This document shows positions 30,190-40,304 of a DNA stretch of 64,000 nucleotides, one piece after another (within the stretch, counting starts at the first letter, position 1; every line of letters starts with the position of its first letter). Source of the DNA: a virus (Duplodnaviria > Caudoviricetes); the IMG/VR virus record IMGVR_UViG_3300025030_000042; one strand, 5' to 3'. Both the position numbers and the translations under genes were made by a program. The notes beneath the pieces are model-generated. The model was not told the DNA's origin, did no database searches, and saw only the letters and a program-made list of their open reading frames with translations.

Positions 30190-31484
30190 TATTTAATCTC
30201 CATCAACTTCCAACCTTGATAACCTTTTCGCCTACCTAGAACATTCCAAGAACCATATTTTTCATAAAGTTCCAACATTAGTTCTACCCATCGAGTTTGA
30301 AAGCGTTCGTAGTTCATATTTTTTAATATATGTTCACGACCTTTTTTACCCCATTCATCTCGTTCTTCTTTGGACATATAATACATTTTTTTCATTGCTT
30401 CAACAAAATCTTTTCCAGATATTGCGTCATCGTAAATATAAGGTACCATATAACCAAACTGATCTCGCCCCGATGAACCAACGAGAGTTTGAGCCGCCGG
30501 ATATACTGGAATACCAAACCAATTTTCGCCATCGGTTAGTTGATCTTTCATTCCGCCCGTCCAAGTTGCAATGACAGGAGTCTCGCAACTCATTGATTCC
30601 ATTAGAAATATTCCCCAACCTTCCGCCGAGCTCGCCGAAATCGTGCAGTCCGCCATATTATAAATCATTGCCAGCGCTTCGGGTGGAATTTTCTGTCTTG
30701 AAAAGAGAACTTCTCCATTTGTCAATCCCAAATATTCAATAATCTGTTCAAGATCGCATCCATTCGGATCAGTCGGATCTGTATGAAGAATCAATGTCGA
30801 TTTATCTTTTCCTACTTCGTTTAAAAAATCATTGAACCACCAAACGATTGAACCAGTGTTTTTTCGTTTGGCATTTCGGCTGTTATAAAAGAAAATGAAC
30901 TTATTACCGTCTGTCGTAGTTGTAGCAAAACTATCTTTACGAAATCTTTCAACATCCAGCATTGGCAACTTCTTAAAAATATTTGTGTCAACGGCGTGCG
31001 GAAGATATTCGCATTCCACTTCGGGTGCTACTTTTTGATTTAAATCTTGAGTTAGTTTGGAGATTGCTACGAGTTTATCTACACTTGTCCAAGAAGATCT
31101 ATTAAAATAGGGGTATGGGTGATTATCCCAAATCTCATAATACACAATTGGCATCAAAGGTCGTATTTCATTAGCAATATCAAATAGATGCGAGTGGAAT
31201 CTTGGATCGCTCATGAGGTAAATCATATCTGGTCTTTCTTGACGAATAACCGATCGAATAAGTTCTTGATTTCCGAAACCATCTACCGGTACGATCAAGA
31301 GATCATCGCCAAATTCTTCTGTTTTTGAATGTTGATAATTCGGATGCGCAATGGCACCAGCCAAGTGAACTATCTTAAACTTACCACTTCTCAAAAGTGC
31401 TTCGGCAATGATTCTACTTTGGTGCGCTACACCGCTCGTCGAATAAATCATATCCGAAATAAACAATACTTTTATTTTATCCAT
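30189..31484 (-). CDS. GT4 glycosyltransferase
   Basis: STSGVAHQ, PHAVD, SRNAKRK, SSAEGWGIFLMESMSC. Confidence 0.88.
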   Translation of the reverse strand: MDKIKVLFISDMIYSTSGVAHQSRIIAEALLRSGKFKIVHLAGAIAHPNYQHSKTEEFGDDLLIVPVDGFGNQELIRSVIRQERPDMIYLMSDPRFHSHLFDIANEIRPLMPIVYYEIWDNHPYPYFNRSSWTSVDKLVAISKLTQDLNQKVAPEVECEYLPHAVDTNIFKKLPMLDVERFRKDSFATTTTDGNKFIFFYNSRNAKRKNTGSIVWWFNDFLNEVGKDKSTLILHTDPTDPNGCDLEQIIEYLGLTNGEVLFSRQKIPPEALAMIYNMADCTISASSAEGWGIFLMESMSCETPVIATWTGGMKDQLTDGENWFGIPVYPAAQTLVGSSGRDQFGYMVPYIYDDAISGKDFVEAMKKMYYMSKEERDEWGKKGREHILKNMNYERFQTRWVELMLELYEKYGSWNVLGRRKGYQGWKLMEIK

Positions 31485-31491
31485 TTTAACC

Positions 31492-31719
31492 TCATTTATT
31501 TCCTACCTTTCTTAAGTATTCTGGAGAATGTCTTAAAATCTTTGTATTAGATTTCCAGATTTTAAGAATACTATATGGACTTATAATCCAATAAACTAAA
31601 ACATTTATTCCTATTTGTTTCACTATTATTCCCAAACTTTTTAAAAACGAATTTTCTGTCGAAGGTATTTCCCAATAGCTCACCAAATCACCCACTTTAA
31701 ACATTTTTCGGATATCCAA
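31492..31719 (-). CDS. KOW/SH3-like microprotein
   Basis: MFKVGDLVSY...LGIIVK...VLVYW. Confidence 0.7.
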   Translation of the reverse strand: MDIRKMFKVGDLVSYWEIPSTENSFLKSLGIIVKQIGINVLVYWIISPYSILKIWKSNTKILRHSPEYLRKVGNK

Positions 31720-32533
31720 ATGAAGATGAGCAATGTTTTGTCATAAAAAACTCGCATCGTTCGCATTTTGAACGATTTTTGACATATCTCTTATTATCAA
31801 TATTTGTCAAAGAAGTCAAGAGTAGATGTTTGGCGTTGTCCAATCTTTTTTGTCCTGAAGTCGGAGTGAATATTTCTACGAAATCTTTTTTTGCTGTTCT
31901 CTTCAATAAAATGAAATGTGTTTGAATATTTTTTATTCCTTCTTCAATCTCGTATTTCTGGGAGAAATAAAGTTTATATAACATAAGTTGATATAATATT
32001 GAAACATCTGACTTTTTTTCTAAATTCCAGCCCCAACTACATGTTTTCAGGTCGATAATATGATACTTTTGATCTGACGTCTGAATAACAAGATCAATAA
32101 ACCCTTTAAAAGATATCTTTCTATTTTTATATTCTATAATATGTTCATATAATTTATCTTCTATACCAACTACTTTAAAATCTCCAAAGTGCTTCTTTAT
32201 TTCTGGAGAAATATATTTAATAATGTTCAAACCTTGAACTTTCATTTCCTCGATCAGTTTTTTGTTTTCAACAAGATGTTCTTTTGATAGAGTTTTAAGT
32301 TCTTTTAAAAAAGCCTTTAAAAAGAAACTATTCCAATCTTCTATATTATTATCATTTTTTATTTGGTTTTCCGCGACCGAATGTATTGCGGTTCCGAAAG
32401 CAGTATGAACATTTCCTTGAAATATTTTAAGTTTATCAATATGAATAAGTTTGTGTTTAAATGCACAAAAATACCAATCTTTAAGTTCACTATAAGATAT
32501 ATGTTTTTTATTGTTAGTCTTTTGAACTTCCAC
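31697..32533 (-). CDS. PD-(D/E)xK exonuclease (RecB/Cas4-like)
   Basis: HISYS, FGTAIH, FKGFIDLV, IIDLKT, QLMLY, C-terminal Cys cluster. Confidence 0.85.
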   Translation of the reverse strand: MEVQKTNNKKHISYSELKDWYFCAFKHKLIHIDKLKIFQGNVHTAFGTAIHSVAENQIKNDNNIEDWNSFFLKAFLKELKTLSKEHLVENKKLIEEMKVQGLNIIKYISPEIKKHFGDFKVVGIEDKLYEHIIEYKNRKISFKGFIDLVIQTSDQKYHIIDLKTCSWGWNLEKKSDVSILYQLMLYKLYFSQKYEIEEGIKNIQTHFILLKRTAKKDFVEIFTPTSGQKRLDNAKHLLLTSLTNIDNKRYVKNRSKCERCEFFMTKHCSSSFGYPKNV

Positions 32534-32990
32534 TATTCACCGTTTTTACTTTCTTTTCTATATTTTGTCTGGCTATATCTTTTCTTGTAATAAGTTTCGG
32601 CATTTTAAGCGTTTTATCTTTTGATTCGGTTTTTATTCTTTGTATTTGTTCTTCTGAATATGTTATATCTACAACAAGTTCTTCTGCTTTTGCTTCTTCG
32701 CTTTTCTTACTTAAAGTTTTAACATATTCTTTTGCTGGGATTAGATTAAAGATCCACACCCCAAATCGTTTGCGTTCGCTTACATTTGAACAGACGCAAG
32801 ATTTGGAAACATATTTAATAAAATATCCAGCATCTTTCAGAGCCCGAGCAACATCTGAAGTTGTTATAGTAATCTTTTTTTCTCTATCTCCGCGCAAAGG
32901 TAATGAAAGAGAGATGGTCACCACTCTTCCATCTGGAGATATAACAAGATTTTTTAAGATATCTATTTCTCTTTCCTTCGGAGTTTTCAT
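32514..32990 (-). CDS. Hypothetical protein
   Basis: Coupled ORF. Confidence 0.6.
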   Translation of the reverse strand: MKTPKEREIDILKNLVISPDGRVVTISLSLPLRGDREKKITITTSDVARALKDAGYFIKYVSKSCVCSNVSERKRFGVWIFNLIPAKEYVKTLSKKSEEAKAEELVVDITYSEEQIQRIKTESKDKTLKMPKLITRKDIARQNIEKKVKTVNSGSSKD

Positions 32991-33679
32991 TCCTCACCTC
33001 TAACTAAAGAATCAAGTTCTTGTAACTTCTTATATAATGCTGGACAAATAGTTCTAATATTTAGATAATCCGCTTCTAAATAATAACTTTCAAATCCAAT
33101 CGCAAAGTATTCTCTAATACTTGTAATACTATATGGAGAAATAAAGTAACTGTTTGTCAATATATTTAATCGATCATATCCAATGTCATATAGAAGAAAC
33201 TTATCAAAATTTACATCATAGTTGATGTTGTTAAATACGCTCAAGTCGTTTTCAATATCTAAACTTTTTAACTGGCGATATAACATATGTCTTTTTAGTA
33301 AAAACTCTTTTAATAGTTCTTTGTCGTCATAAATAAAGTTTTTATATTTCTCTTCTACCGCGTGAGATATTTCGTGAACGATATCATCGACAATATCATC
33401 TTCATTTTCTTGATCATTTGTTAAATAAATCGCACCATCCTTAAAAGATGCGTTTACTTTTTTTGTTTCAAGTTCTGGAAAATAACCAATAAAAATATCG
33501 TCAACATCTTCGGTATAATACCAAGGAATGGTTTTCTCCAACCTATTTTTAACACTTTCAATGTTTATATGATCTGGAATAGAGTCTTTTATATAAAGAT
33601 ATATATGATCAAATAATTTCCACTGTTTTTTAGAAGTATTTTCAATATATTCAAAAGTTTTATTATCCATCGTCTTCAC
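32987..33679 (-). CDS. Putative zincin metallopeptidase
   Basis: VHEISH and downstream EYFA. Confidence 0.6.
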   Translation of the reverse strand: MKTMDNKTFEYIENTSKKQWKLFDHIYLYIKDSIPDHINIESVKNRLEKTIPWYYTEDVDDIFIGYFPELETKKVNASFKDGAIYLTNDQENEDDIVDDIVHEISHAVEEKYKNFIYDDKELLKEFLLKRHMLYRQLKSLDIENDLSVFNNINYDVNFDKFLLYDIGYDRLNILTNSYFISPYSITSIREYFAIGFESYYLEADYLNIRTICPALYKKLQELDSLVRGEE

Positions 33680-33956
33680 TCTTAAGATTATCCATATCTT
33701 TTAATGCTTGTTGATATCCAGCAAAAAAGTTTTCTTCTGCCATTATCAGCAATAACTCCGGAAACTCTTTTGCGATAGTTTCTAAAATCATTTCTACTGT
33801 AACATTTCCATCTTCTGGTTCGACCTGTTCTCCAGTATATTCAACTAGAAACTTTTTAAGTGGTGAATCTTCCACAGAGACGACTTTATTTTTCTCTTCA
33901 TTTTCAAAATCTTTTTCTTTTACGATCTTATCTTGATTTAAGGTAGAAGTATCCAT
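33663..33956 (-). CDS. Hypothetical protein
   Basis: AAGGAG RBS, first gene of the block. Confidence 0.65.
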   Translation of the reverse strand: MDTSTLNQDKIVKEKDFENEEKNKVVSVEDSPLKKFLVEYTGEQVEPEDGNVTVEMILETIAKEFPELLLIMAEENFFAGYQQALKDMDNLKSEDDG

Positions 33957-33985
33957 TGAAGTCTCCTTTAGGTTTTGAATATTTT

Positions 33986-34014
33986 ATTCTACATATTTTT
34001 AGTTTCTTTGTCAA
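33986..34014 (-). promoter_or_regulatory. sigma70-type promoter
   Basis: TTGACA-N17-TAGAAT at the head of the 34-kb minus-strand block. Confidence 0.75.
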
Positions 34015-34160
34015 TGTCTTTTTTAAATCTTGAATATTTTTTTCTAGGATCGAATGTTTTTTACTTTGTATATTTCTTTTTTATTTACTTTTTGTTTTCG
34101 TGTTCGTTTACTTTCGATCTACATACATTCGATCTTTGATCGATCTAACCACCAGTAAAG

Positions 34161-34189
34161 ATTAAACTCCTTAAAAATCGCCTTGTCAA
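34161..34189 (-). promoter_or_regulatory. sigma70-type promoter
   Basis: TTGACA-N17-TTTAAT. Confidence 0.55.
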
Positions 34190-34362
34190 GCATTATTTTT
34201 AAATATTTTATTACTTTTTGTAATCATTGAAAATTTTGTCTTCACTTTGAATGAGAAATCTGTGCCATTTTAGGTGACACATAATCCATTTTTTTGTTCA
34301 GTCTATTATTCAACTAGCTTTTCAATTATTGGTACATACTTATTTATATAGGAGAAAATATT

Positions 34363-35082
34363 ATGTTTTTTAAAGTAGTAAGTTTGCTCGTTTCTTCTTT
34401 CGTTTTACTTTCGTGTCATCCAAAAATAGAAATGTCAAATATTATAAATTATCAAAAATCTGTTTTACCATTTCAATCTTTCGTTAAAATATCAAGACTT
34501 GTAAAAGTTAAAATATGTATTGGAACCAAGTGTATTGAAAGAATAGGAAAATCTAATGGTTCAGGTTCCATTATAACAAAAAAAAGTCGCGCTGGTCAAT
34601 ATGTTTTAACTGCTGGACATATGTGTGAAAAGTCTGAAATTTCACTTTTTGAAGAAGTTTCTTCTAAAATAGTTATTAGGGATTTTGATGATAACGAACA
34701 CGAAGCAACAATAGTAAAAATTGATTCTGAAAATGATATTTGTTTGTTATTATCCAGTACTTTAAATAAACCATCGATTATGATATCTTCAAATCCTTTA
34801 GAATCTGGAGAAAGAATCTATAATGTGGCTGCCCCAGGTGGTGTGTTTTTTAAACAAGTGGTTCCAGTATTTGAAGGTATCTTCAGCGGAACTACTTATG
34901 ATAAAAAATACGATGTATATTCTATTTTTGGCGCGCCCGGTTCAAGTGGGTCTATGGTATTAAACTATCGCGGCTATTTGGTTGGTATTATTGTAGAAGG
35001 ATATCGCGGTATTAATGTTATGCGTGGTCCGAACTATGATATCATCAAAAAATTTCTTTTCAGTGTTTTAAAAAAGTGTTGA
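34363..35082 (+). CDS. Trypsin-like (S1) serine protease, possible lipoprotein
   Basis: LTAGHMC, DICLL, GSSGS; signal ending LLSC. Confidence 0.85.
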   Translation: MFFKVVSLLVSSFVLLSCHPKIEMSNIINYQKSVLPFQSFVKISRLVKVKICIGTKCIERIGKSNGSGSIITKKSRAGQYVLTAGHMCEKSEISLFEEVSSKIVIRDFDDNEHEATIVKIDSENDICLLLSSTLNKPSIMISSNPLESGERIYNVAAPGGVFFKQVVPVFEGIFSGTTYDKKYDVYSIFGAPGSSGSMVLNYRGYLVGIIVEGYRGINVMRGPNYDIIKKFLFSVLKKC

Positions 35083-35112
35083 CAACTTAAAATTTTGCTA
35101 TAACATATATTT

Positions 35113-35550
35113 ATGTCTCTCCCCAGTTATTGGCGTTACAACGAACTTACAAGTAAACACGATATTGATTTAAAATATTTTTCTGTTTCCAAAAATCTTA
35201 AACTTCAAAATAAAATATCTGAAGAGTTTGAGGTTATGTTAAATCAGTTATCTTTAGAAGAAATCATCGCTTTAAAACTTGAACTTGGAAGTAAGGCGCT
35301 GGGCGGAAAACTTTTTGGTTTTTCATTTTGGAAAATATTAAATAGTCTTACAAAAGATGCTATTTTGAAATATGCTTTTTCTGCTTGCGTTAACAAGTTC
35401 GAAGCAATGACATTTATAGGATTAAATCATCAAGCATTTAAAAAATATATTTACAAGTATAAAATATTTCAATATTTCAGAGCACTTACGAAACATCAAG
35501 AGCGAATGAAAATTTCTCTTGACAAGATAAAAGAGACTGATCTAACATAG
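35113..35550 (+). CDS. Hypothetical protein
   Basis: ORF in co-oriented run. Confidence 0.6.
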   Translation: MSLPSYWRYNELTSKHDIDLKYFSVSKNLKLQNKISEEFEVMLNQLSLEEIIALKLELGSKALGGKLFGFSFWKILNSLTKDAILKYAFSACVNKFEAMTFIGLNHQAFKKYIYKYKIFQYFRALTKHQERMKISLDKIKETDLT

Positions 35551-35581
35551 ACTTGTTCGCCATTACGAAAAGGAGATTAAA

Positions 35582-35845
35582 ATGGCACTAAATAATCAAA
35601 AAAGGGATTTTGATCCGGAGAAGTTGGTAGTATTTTTTGAAGGAAAGTTTATCGTTAACGAAAGAACTGAATGTATTGCGCGTGTTTATTCTTATGATGG
35701 AGGAGAAAAGAGGATTAAAATCCTTTCGGAGCAATCTCGGCGAGATGGAACAAAGAGGATACTAAAGCAATGTCCATCTTTTTCAAATCCAGAACATATT
35801 AGTCAATTAACGCAACTACTTACGGATTGTAGTAATTATCTATAA
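35582..35845 (+). CDS. Hypothetical protein
   Basis: AAAGGAG RBS. Confidence 0.65.
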   Translation: MALNNQKRDFDPEKLVVFFEGKFIVNERTECIARVYSYDGGEKRIKILSEQSRRDGTKRILKQCPSFSNPEHISQLTQLLTDCSNYL

Positions 35846-35854
35846 GGAAATAAA

Positions 35855-36133
35855 ATGGCTTCAAAAGATTTAACCCAACAAGATCTTTATAAAAAAGAAT
35901 ATTATGAAACTTGCCCTGTAAGACAGGGTACACCTCTCAAAGTCTCTGATCTGGAAAGAGATCCAGAGTTTAAAGATACAATGAATAAATATTTTAATGC
36001 TGGATATACTATGGCAACACCAGAAAGCTTTGAAGCAAAGTTTCCAAACGCCAACTACGATCTAATGATTAAAGAAAAGGTTATTGCTTTAATGACACCA
36101 GAAAAAACTCTGGTGCGTGAAATATTCAGATGA
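35855..36133 (+). CDS. Hypothetical protein
   Basis: AAGGA RBS. Confidence 0.65.
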   Translation: MASKDLTQQDLYKKEYYETCPVRQGTPLKVSDLERDPEFKDTMNKYFNAGYTMATPESFEAKFPNANYDLMIKEKVIALMTPEKTLVREIFR

Positions 36134-36206
36134 AAAAGAAGAATGCCCAGTATTTTTTTTCTGGGATGTGCTTGAAAATAGTTTACACTAAAAGGAGGAT
36201 AAGTAA

Positions 36207-36290
36207 ATGCTTTATGTGCTTGTAGCAGTCACTGGATTGGCAGTAGGTCTTCTACTTCCAGTAGCACTTCGCAAAATTCAAAATCTGTAA
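36207..36290 (+). CDS. 27-aa membrane peptide
   Basis: AAAGGAGG RBS; MLYVLVAVTGLAVGLLLPVALRKIQNL. Confidence 0.65.
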   Translation: MLYVLVAVTGLAVGLLLPVALRKIQNL

Positions 36291-36324
36291 TGCTCCAAAT
36301 TGGTTACCCTATGGGTGGATTCTT

Positions 36325-36351
36325 CCGTGTAGGATGGGACACGGTTTTCTT
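36325..36351 (+). terminator. Intrinsic terminator
   Basis: CCGTGT-8nt-ACACGG then TTTTCTT. Confidence 0.55.
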
Positions 36352-36366
36352 AAAAAAGAGTGATAT

Positions 36367-37068
36367 ATGATATATAAAAAACACTTTTTCTTAAATAGAA
36401 AAAAGCGCAAATATTCTTCTTGTTCAAAGTGCGATGGTCAAGAAGATGGTGACAATCTTGACCCAAGAATAGTAAGAAAAGTTACTCACCCACTATATCC
36501 ATTTTTTGATGATGAGGGTGATGAACAAGAATCAAGCGGCATTGAGGTAAACGATAATCATATATTATTTTATACTAATGTCAATAAATCTAGCGCATTG
36601 ATGTTAAACAAATCGATCCAGCAACTCAATAAAGAACTTTTAATTAATTCCATCATTCTCAATAATCCTGTAGCGCATATTTATCTTCATATCAATAGTG
36701 ATGGTGGAAATCTTTTTGATGGAATGAGTTGTGTTGATTATATTCGTAATTCAAAACTACAAATCCACAGTATTGTCGATGGTTCGGCAGCGTCAGCGGC
36801 AACAATGATGTCAGTCGTTGCTAAACACAGAGCAATCAATCGTCACGGATTTATGCTTATTCATCAGTTATCTGGTGGTATTATGGGATCGTTTGAAGAG
36901 TTAAAGGACGATTGGGAAAATGCCAAAATCTTAATGGATACAATGAGAGAAATATATAAAGAACATACGAAGATTCCAAAAAAGAAATTAGACGAGATTC
37001 TTCAAAGGGACATTTGGTTTGACGCGAAACAATGTTTAGCTTATGGATTAGTGGACGAAATATTATGA
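36367..37068 (+). CDS. clpP: ClpP-like protease subunit
   Basis: INSDGG, AASAAT, MLIHQ, DIWFDAKQCLAYGLVDEI. Confidence 0.9.
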   Translation: MIYKKHFFLNRKKRKYSSCSKCDGQEDGDNLDPRIVRKVTHPLYPFFDDEGDEQESSGIEVNDNHILFYTNVNKSSALMLNKSIQQLNKELLINSIILNNPVAHIYLHINSDGGNLFDGMSCVDYIRNSKLQIHSIVDGSAASAATMMSVVAKHRAINRHGFMLIHQLSGGIMGSFEELKDDWENAKILMDTMREIYKEHTKIPKKKLDEILQRDIWFDAKQCLAYGLVDEIL

Positions 37069-37283
37069 TGATCGATCCATTCTTTACCAAATTTAGAGTT
37101 GGTCAACTCATCGATGCTTCAAAAGTTTCTGGCATAAAAGAAGATTATGGGATTATTTTTAATCTTACCGAAGAAAATATTAAAATGTATTTTGCTAAAA
37201 ATTGTGAAAATCATCGTTTAGAAATTTGGAACAAAGAAGGAGAACAGCATCTTATAAAAGATCTTAAAATTATTTTTAAATAA
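37065..37283 (+). CDS. KOW/SH3-like microprotein
   Basis: KFRVGQLIDAS...DYGIIF; ATGA-coupled to clpP. Confidence 0.68.
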   Translation: MMIDPFFTKFRVGQLIDASKVSGIKEDYGIIFNLTEENIKMYFAKNCENHRLEIWNKEGEQHLIKDLKIIFK

Positions 37284-37285
37284 CA

Positions 37286-37511
37286 ATGAAAAATCCTTTC
37301 AAAAATATAAAAGTCGGTCAGATTGTTGACGCATCATCATATAGTCTTATAGAAAATGACTATGGATGGGATCGTATATGATATTTCTGTCAATAGTATT
37401 AAACTTTATTTCTTAAAAAGCAGCAAGTTAGGAACCGGCAATGCACAACTAGAGGATTGGGATAGAGCCACCTTTTCGCATATTTTAAAAGATATCAAAA
37501 TCGTTAAATAG
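37286..37511 (+). pseudogene. KOW-like paralog broken by a 4-bp duplication
   Basis: IKVGQIVDAS...DY then ATGGATGG at 37362-37369; removing 4 nt gives GIVYDISVNSIKLYF...ILKDIKIVK, matching the upstream paralog. Confidence 0.75.
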
Positions 37512-38457
37512 AAACTTCTTCTTCCGAACCGATATCTTCGTCATCACTCCCAAAGTCAACACTGTCGCTTCCCAAATCATTTTTTTTATCTTCATATTCA
37601 TCGGTCGTAAGTTCCGGAACGCTTGTTTGAAGTTCATCTTCCCACTTATCAAAATATAGTTTAAGATTGGTTATAAGATAATCCGTAAATAACTCAATAT
37701 CTTCTTCATTTCCCAAAAGATGATATGAATCCATTATGTTTTTCTGGATTGTATTAAAAGTTTCCAACGCCATATTTCGTCCGGTTTCATCTTCTCCGGG
37801 AATAGAAAAACGATCAAGTTCTTCGTCTTCTTCAGATTTTTTATTTCCTTGTATTCCGCCGGTCGGATTTTCTATATCAATAAACTTGTTTTCATCTTCT
37901 TCGTCTGAACCGAACTCAACATCACCTTTAATATCATTATCAGATAAAGAAACATCTACATCTTCACTTAACGACATCTCATCTTCTTCATCTTCTAACG
38001 CCGGTTTTGTTCGTTCTCTTTGAATATCATTCATTACAGCATTGACGATATGTGCTTTAAACGATTTTCTTTGTTCTGGAGAAGTAGTTAAATCTTTGTA
38101 ATCATCTTCTAGTGCCGGAATGATTTTCTTTAGAAGATCTTCGAGAATATTGATTCCAGTAGATTGATGAGGAATACGATCTTCTTTGCTTTTTGCTTCC
38201 GTGATTCTTTTAAGAATGTTTTGAATGTTTTCGCGGAGTTTCATTTCTTCAATAAACTCTTTTCTATCAATCATTTTATAATCTTTTTGTTTACCAGATG
38301 AAAAAGCCATACCGCCTCCGGACATTCCTGATGATTCGTCGAGATCATCTTCACTTTCGACTTCTTTTATATCACAGCGCTCAAGACCTTTTCCATTTTT
38401 AGTTTTAACAATCGATTCTTGAATGATTTCTTCTATTTGTTTTTGTGTCAATGACAT
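37504..38457 (-). CDS. Acidic hypothetical protein
   Basis: D/E-rich 317 aa ORF. Confidence 0.65.
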   Translation of the reverse strand: MSLTQKQIEEIIQESIVKTKNGKGLERCDIKEVESEDDLDESSGMSGGGMAFSSGKQKDYKMIDRKEFIEEMKLRENIQNILKRITEAKSKEDRIPHQSTGINILEDLLKKIIPALEDDYKDLTTSPEQRKSFKAHIVNAVMNDIQRERTKPALEDEEDEMSLSEDVDVSLSDNDIKGDVEFGSDEEDENKFIDIENPTGGIQGNKKSEEDEELDRFSIPGEDETGRNMALETFNTIQKNIMDSYHLLGNEEDIELFTDYLITNLKLYFDKWEDELQTSVPELTTDEYEDKKNDLGSDSVDFGSDDEDIGSEEEVSI

Positions 38458-38458
38458 T

Positions 38459-40303
38459 TTATATTCTTATTATTGCTCCTTCGTATATTGAACTCGTAGC
38501 TTGTTCATTAACAATATTCCAAGCGGTATTTTTCTCTTCTTCGGATAAATGTTCTGGCATATACTCTTTAAATAGTTTTTGATTGTCGGAAGCAATAATA
38601 TTTCTCAATTCTGTTCCGGAAATACCACTTGAAAACATCGGCGTGTTTATAATCTTTACTTTAACGCCCAACTTATTTTGATCCGACCATTCTTGTGCTT
38701 TGGAGAAGCGATCGTCTTGAGCATCTTTTTTGCCGAGACCAAACAAAATGGTGTCTCCAGGATTCATTGAAGACATAACATCATAAGCAGATTTAACCGG
38801 ACTTGAATCTTTTGAAATCATTACTTCGATCTTTGGATCGTTTTGCGTAAACATTTTCCAAAGATATATTGAAACTTTTTTGGTTATAACAACTCGTTTA
38901 TCAACGCTATGCCCCGTTCGTTCTTTCGGAGATACAAAAATATATACTTTTGTTACTTCTGGAATGTCCGCAAGATATTTGGCAACTTGATAGTGACCAG
39001 CGTGCGGAGGTTTGAACCCTCCAGGAACTACAGCTATCATATTTCCTGTATAAAGTTCATTAGAAGCGGTGTTTTGTTCAACTTTATTATACTCTACAAT
39101 AGGGGTATGATTTTTTTCTCTACCGAAGCGCTTCATTCCACAGATTTGATTCGCTGGAGCAAAGCAACCCGTCATTTTATATGCTTTATTTTTATACTCA
39201 AAAACGATGCCTTCCATAGAAGTATTTATGCGATTTAAGTCTTTTAGTTTCCGCATATTAGATAAAAGAAAGTTAATATTTTCTCTATTTCCACTGGATT
39301 TTATTTCTTCTATAGAGTCGTTTATGGTTTGACGATATTTCTTGACTGCCGAAATATGATCGTTGATTAAAACGCTATGATTTCCATTTAAAAGTTCTGT
39401 TGAAAAGTCAGTAACAATCTCTTCTAAAGGAAATAATGCTCCTTGAATAATAGAAATGGAGCGCTTTTTGATTTCTGTGATGCGTTCTTTAAGTTCTCGC
39501 GGTGAACCTTTGGGTAATACAAGTTTTTCATTACCTAAAATATTCTCAATAACGATATTTTGAATAACTTCAGATACCTCTGGAAGTCTTTTTTCTACAT
39601 ATGGTGCTATTTTTGACTTCAAATACTCTTCAATCGTATTGCTTTCGCTTGTTTTTGATGAAAATAGTAGTTTTTCAAGACTTATTTTGGCGTTTCTGAA
39701 AACAAGATCGTTTTCAAGAGGATTTAGATCTCTTACTTTATTGGAAAATATCGGAATATTGTTTTTTGTTGATTTTTTTTCCAATATTTCAAGAGTTTCG
39801 CCGATATCATAAGAAAGTTCAGCAACATTTAAAGTCAAAATCTCATTTGTCTCTGGAATATATTGTTTGTGACCGTTATTATGAATCATAATGCCGGATT
39901 TTTCGTATTCCAAAAGGTTTTTTGCGTTCGGTCCAAATAAATCGGCGTTATAAAAGACCGTTCCTTCTTGAAACATCTCTTTTTTTACATATTTTGGAAT
40001 ATGTGAGAGAGCTTCATTAAAAGATTTGAGACTTTCAATATAAATGTTCTTTACTTTGTTCCCGCCGGCAAAATCTCGCTCCAATAAGACACCAAGTGTC
40101 ATTCCGCCGGATCGAATATCACCAAGATTTCGCGCCAAAGTCGCTTGTTCATTTTTATATGATAATAAAGCGTTAAATCCGTCTATTTTTTCAACGACGG
40201 GAAGTTTTCCGGCGGATAACAAAGAAAATATTTTTTTAATATCGCGAAAGGTTAGTTCTCGATCATCGTAAATGTGATTTAAGTGACCCGATGCTCCAGC
40301 CAT
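38459..40303 (-). CDS. Large-phage protein with C-terminal cytidylyltransferase-like (HxGH) domain
   Basis: MAGASGHLNH, VVEKIDG, SMEGIVF; PGGFKPPHAGH, ISGTELR. Confidence 0.72.
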   Translation of the reverse strand: MAGASGHLNHIYDDRELTFRDIKKIFSLLSAGKLPVVEKIDGFNALLSYKNEQATLARNLGDIRSGGMTLGVLLERDFAGGNKVKNIYIESLKSFNEALSHIPKYVKKEMFQEGTVFYNADLFGPNAKNLLEYEKSGIMIHNNGHKQYIPETNEILTLNVAELSYDIGETLEILEKKSTKNNIPIFSNKVRDLNPLENDLVFRNAKISLEKLLFSSKTSESNTIEEYLKSKIAPYVEKRLPEVSEVIQNIVIENILGNEKLVLPKGSPRELKERITEIKKRSISIIQGALFPLEEIVTDFSTELLNGNHSVLINDHISAVKKYRQTINDSIEEIKSSGNRENINFLLSNMRKLKDLNRINTSMEGIVFEYKNKAYKMTGCFAPANQICGMKRFGREKNHTPIVEYNKVEQNTASNELYTGNMIAVVPGGFKPPHAGHYQVAKYLADIPEVTKVYIFVSPKERTGHSVDKRVVITKKVSIYLWKMFTQNDPKIEVMISKDSSPVKSAYDVMSSMNPGDTILFGLGKKDAQDDRFSKAQEWSDQNKLGVKVKIINTPMFSSGISGTELRNIIASDNQKLFKEYMPEHLSEEEKNTAWNIVNEQATSSIYEGAIIRI

Positions 40304-40304
40304 T

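Noticed and set aside
31697-32533. Cas4 / CRISPR-Cas locus
   Set aside because: Standalone RecB-like nuclease common in phages; no cas1/cas2 or array seen.
410-33003. Plus-strand ORFs of 60-150 aa in the track
   Set aside because: Antisense shadows of well-supported minus-strand genes, with no RBS or motifs.
34110-34147. TCGATCT triplet in the divergent intergenic region as iterons
   Set aside because: Only 3 short copies with uneven spacing, explainable by the general GATC richness.
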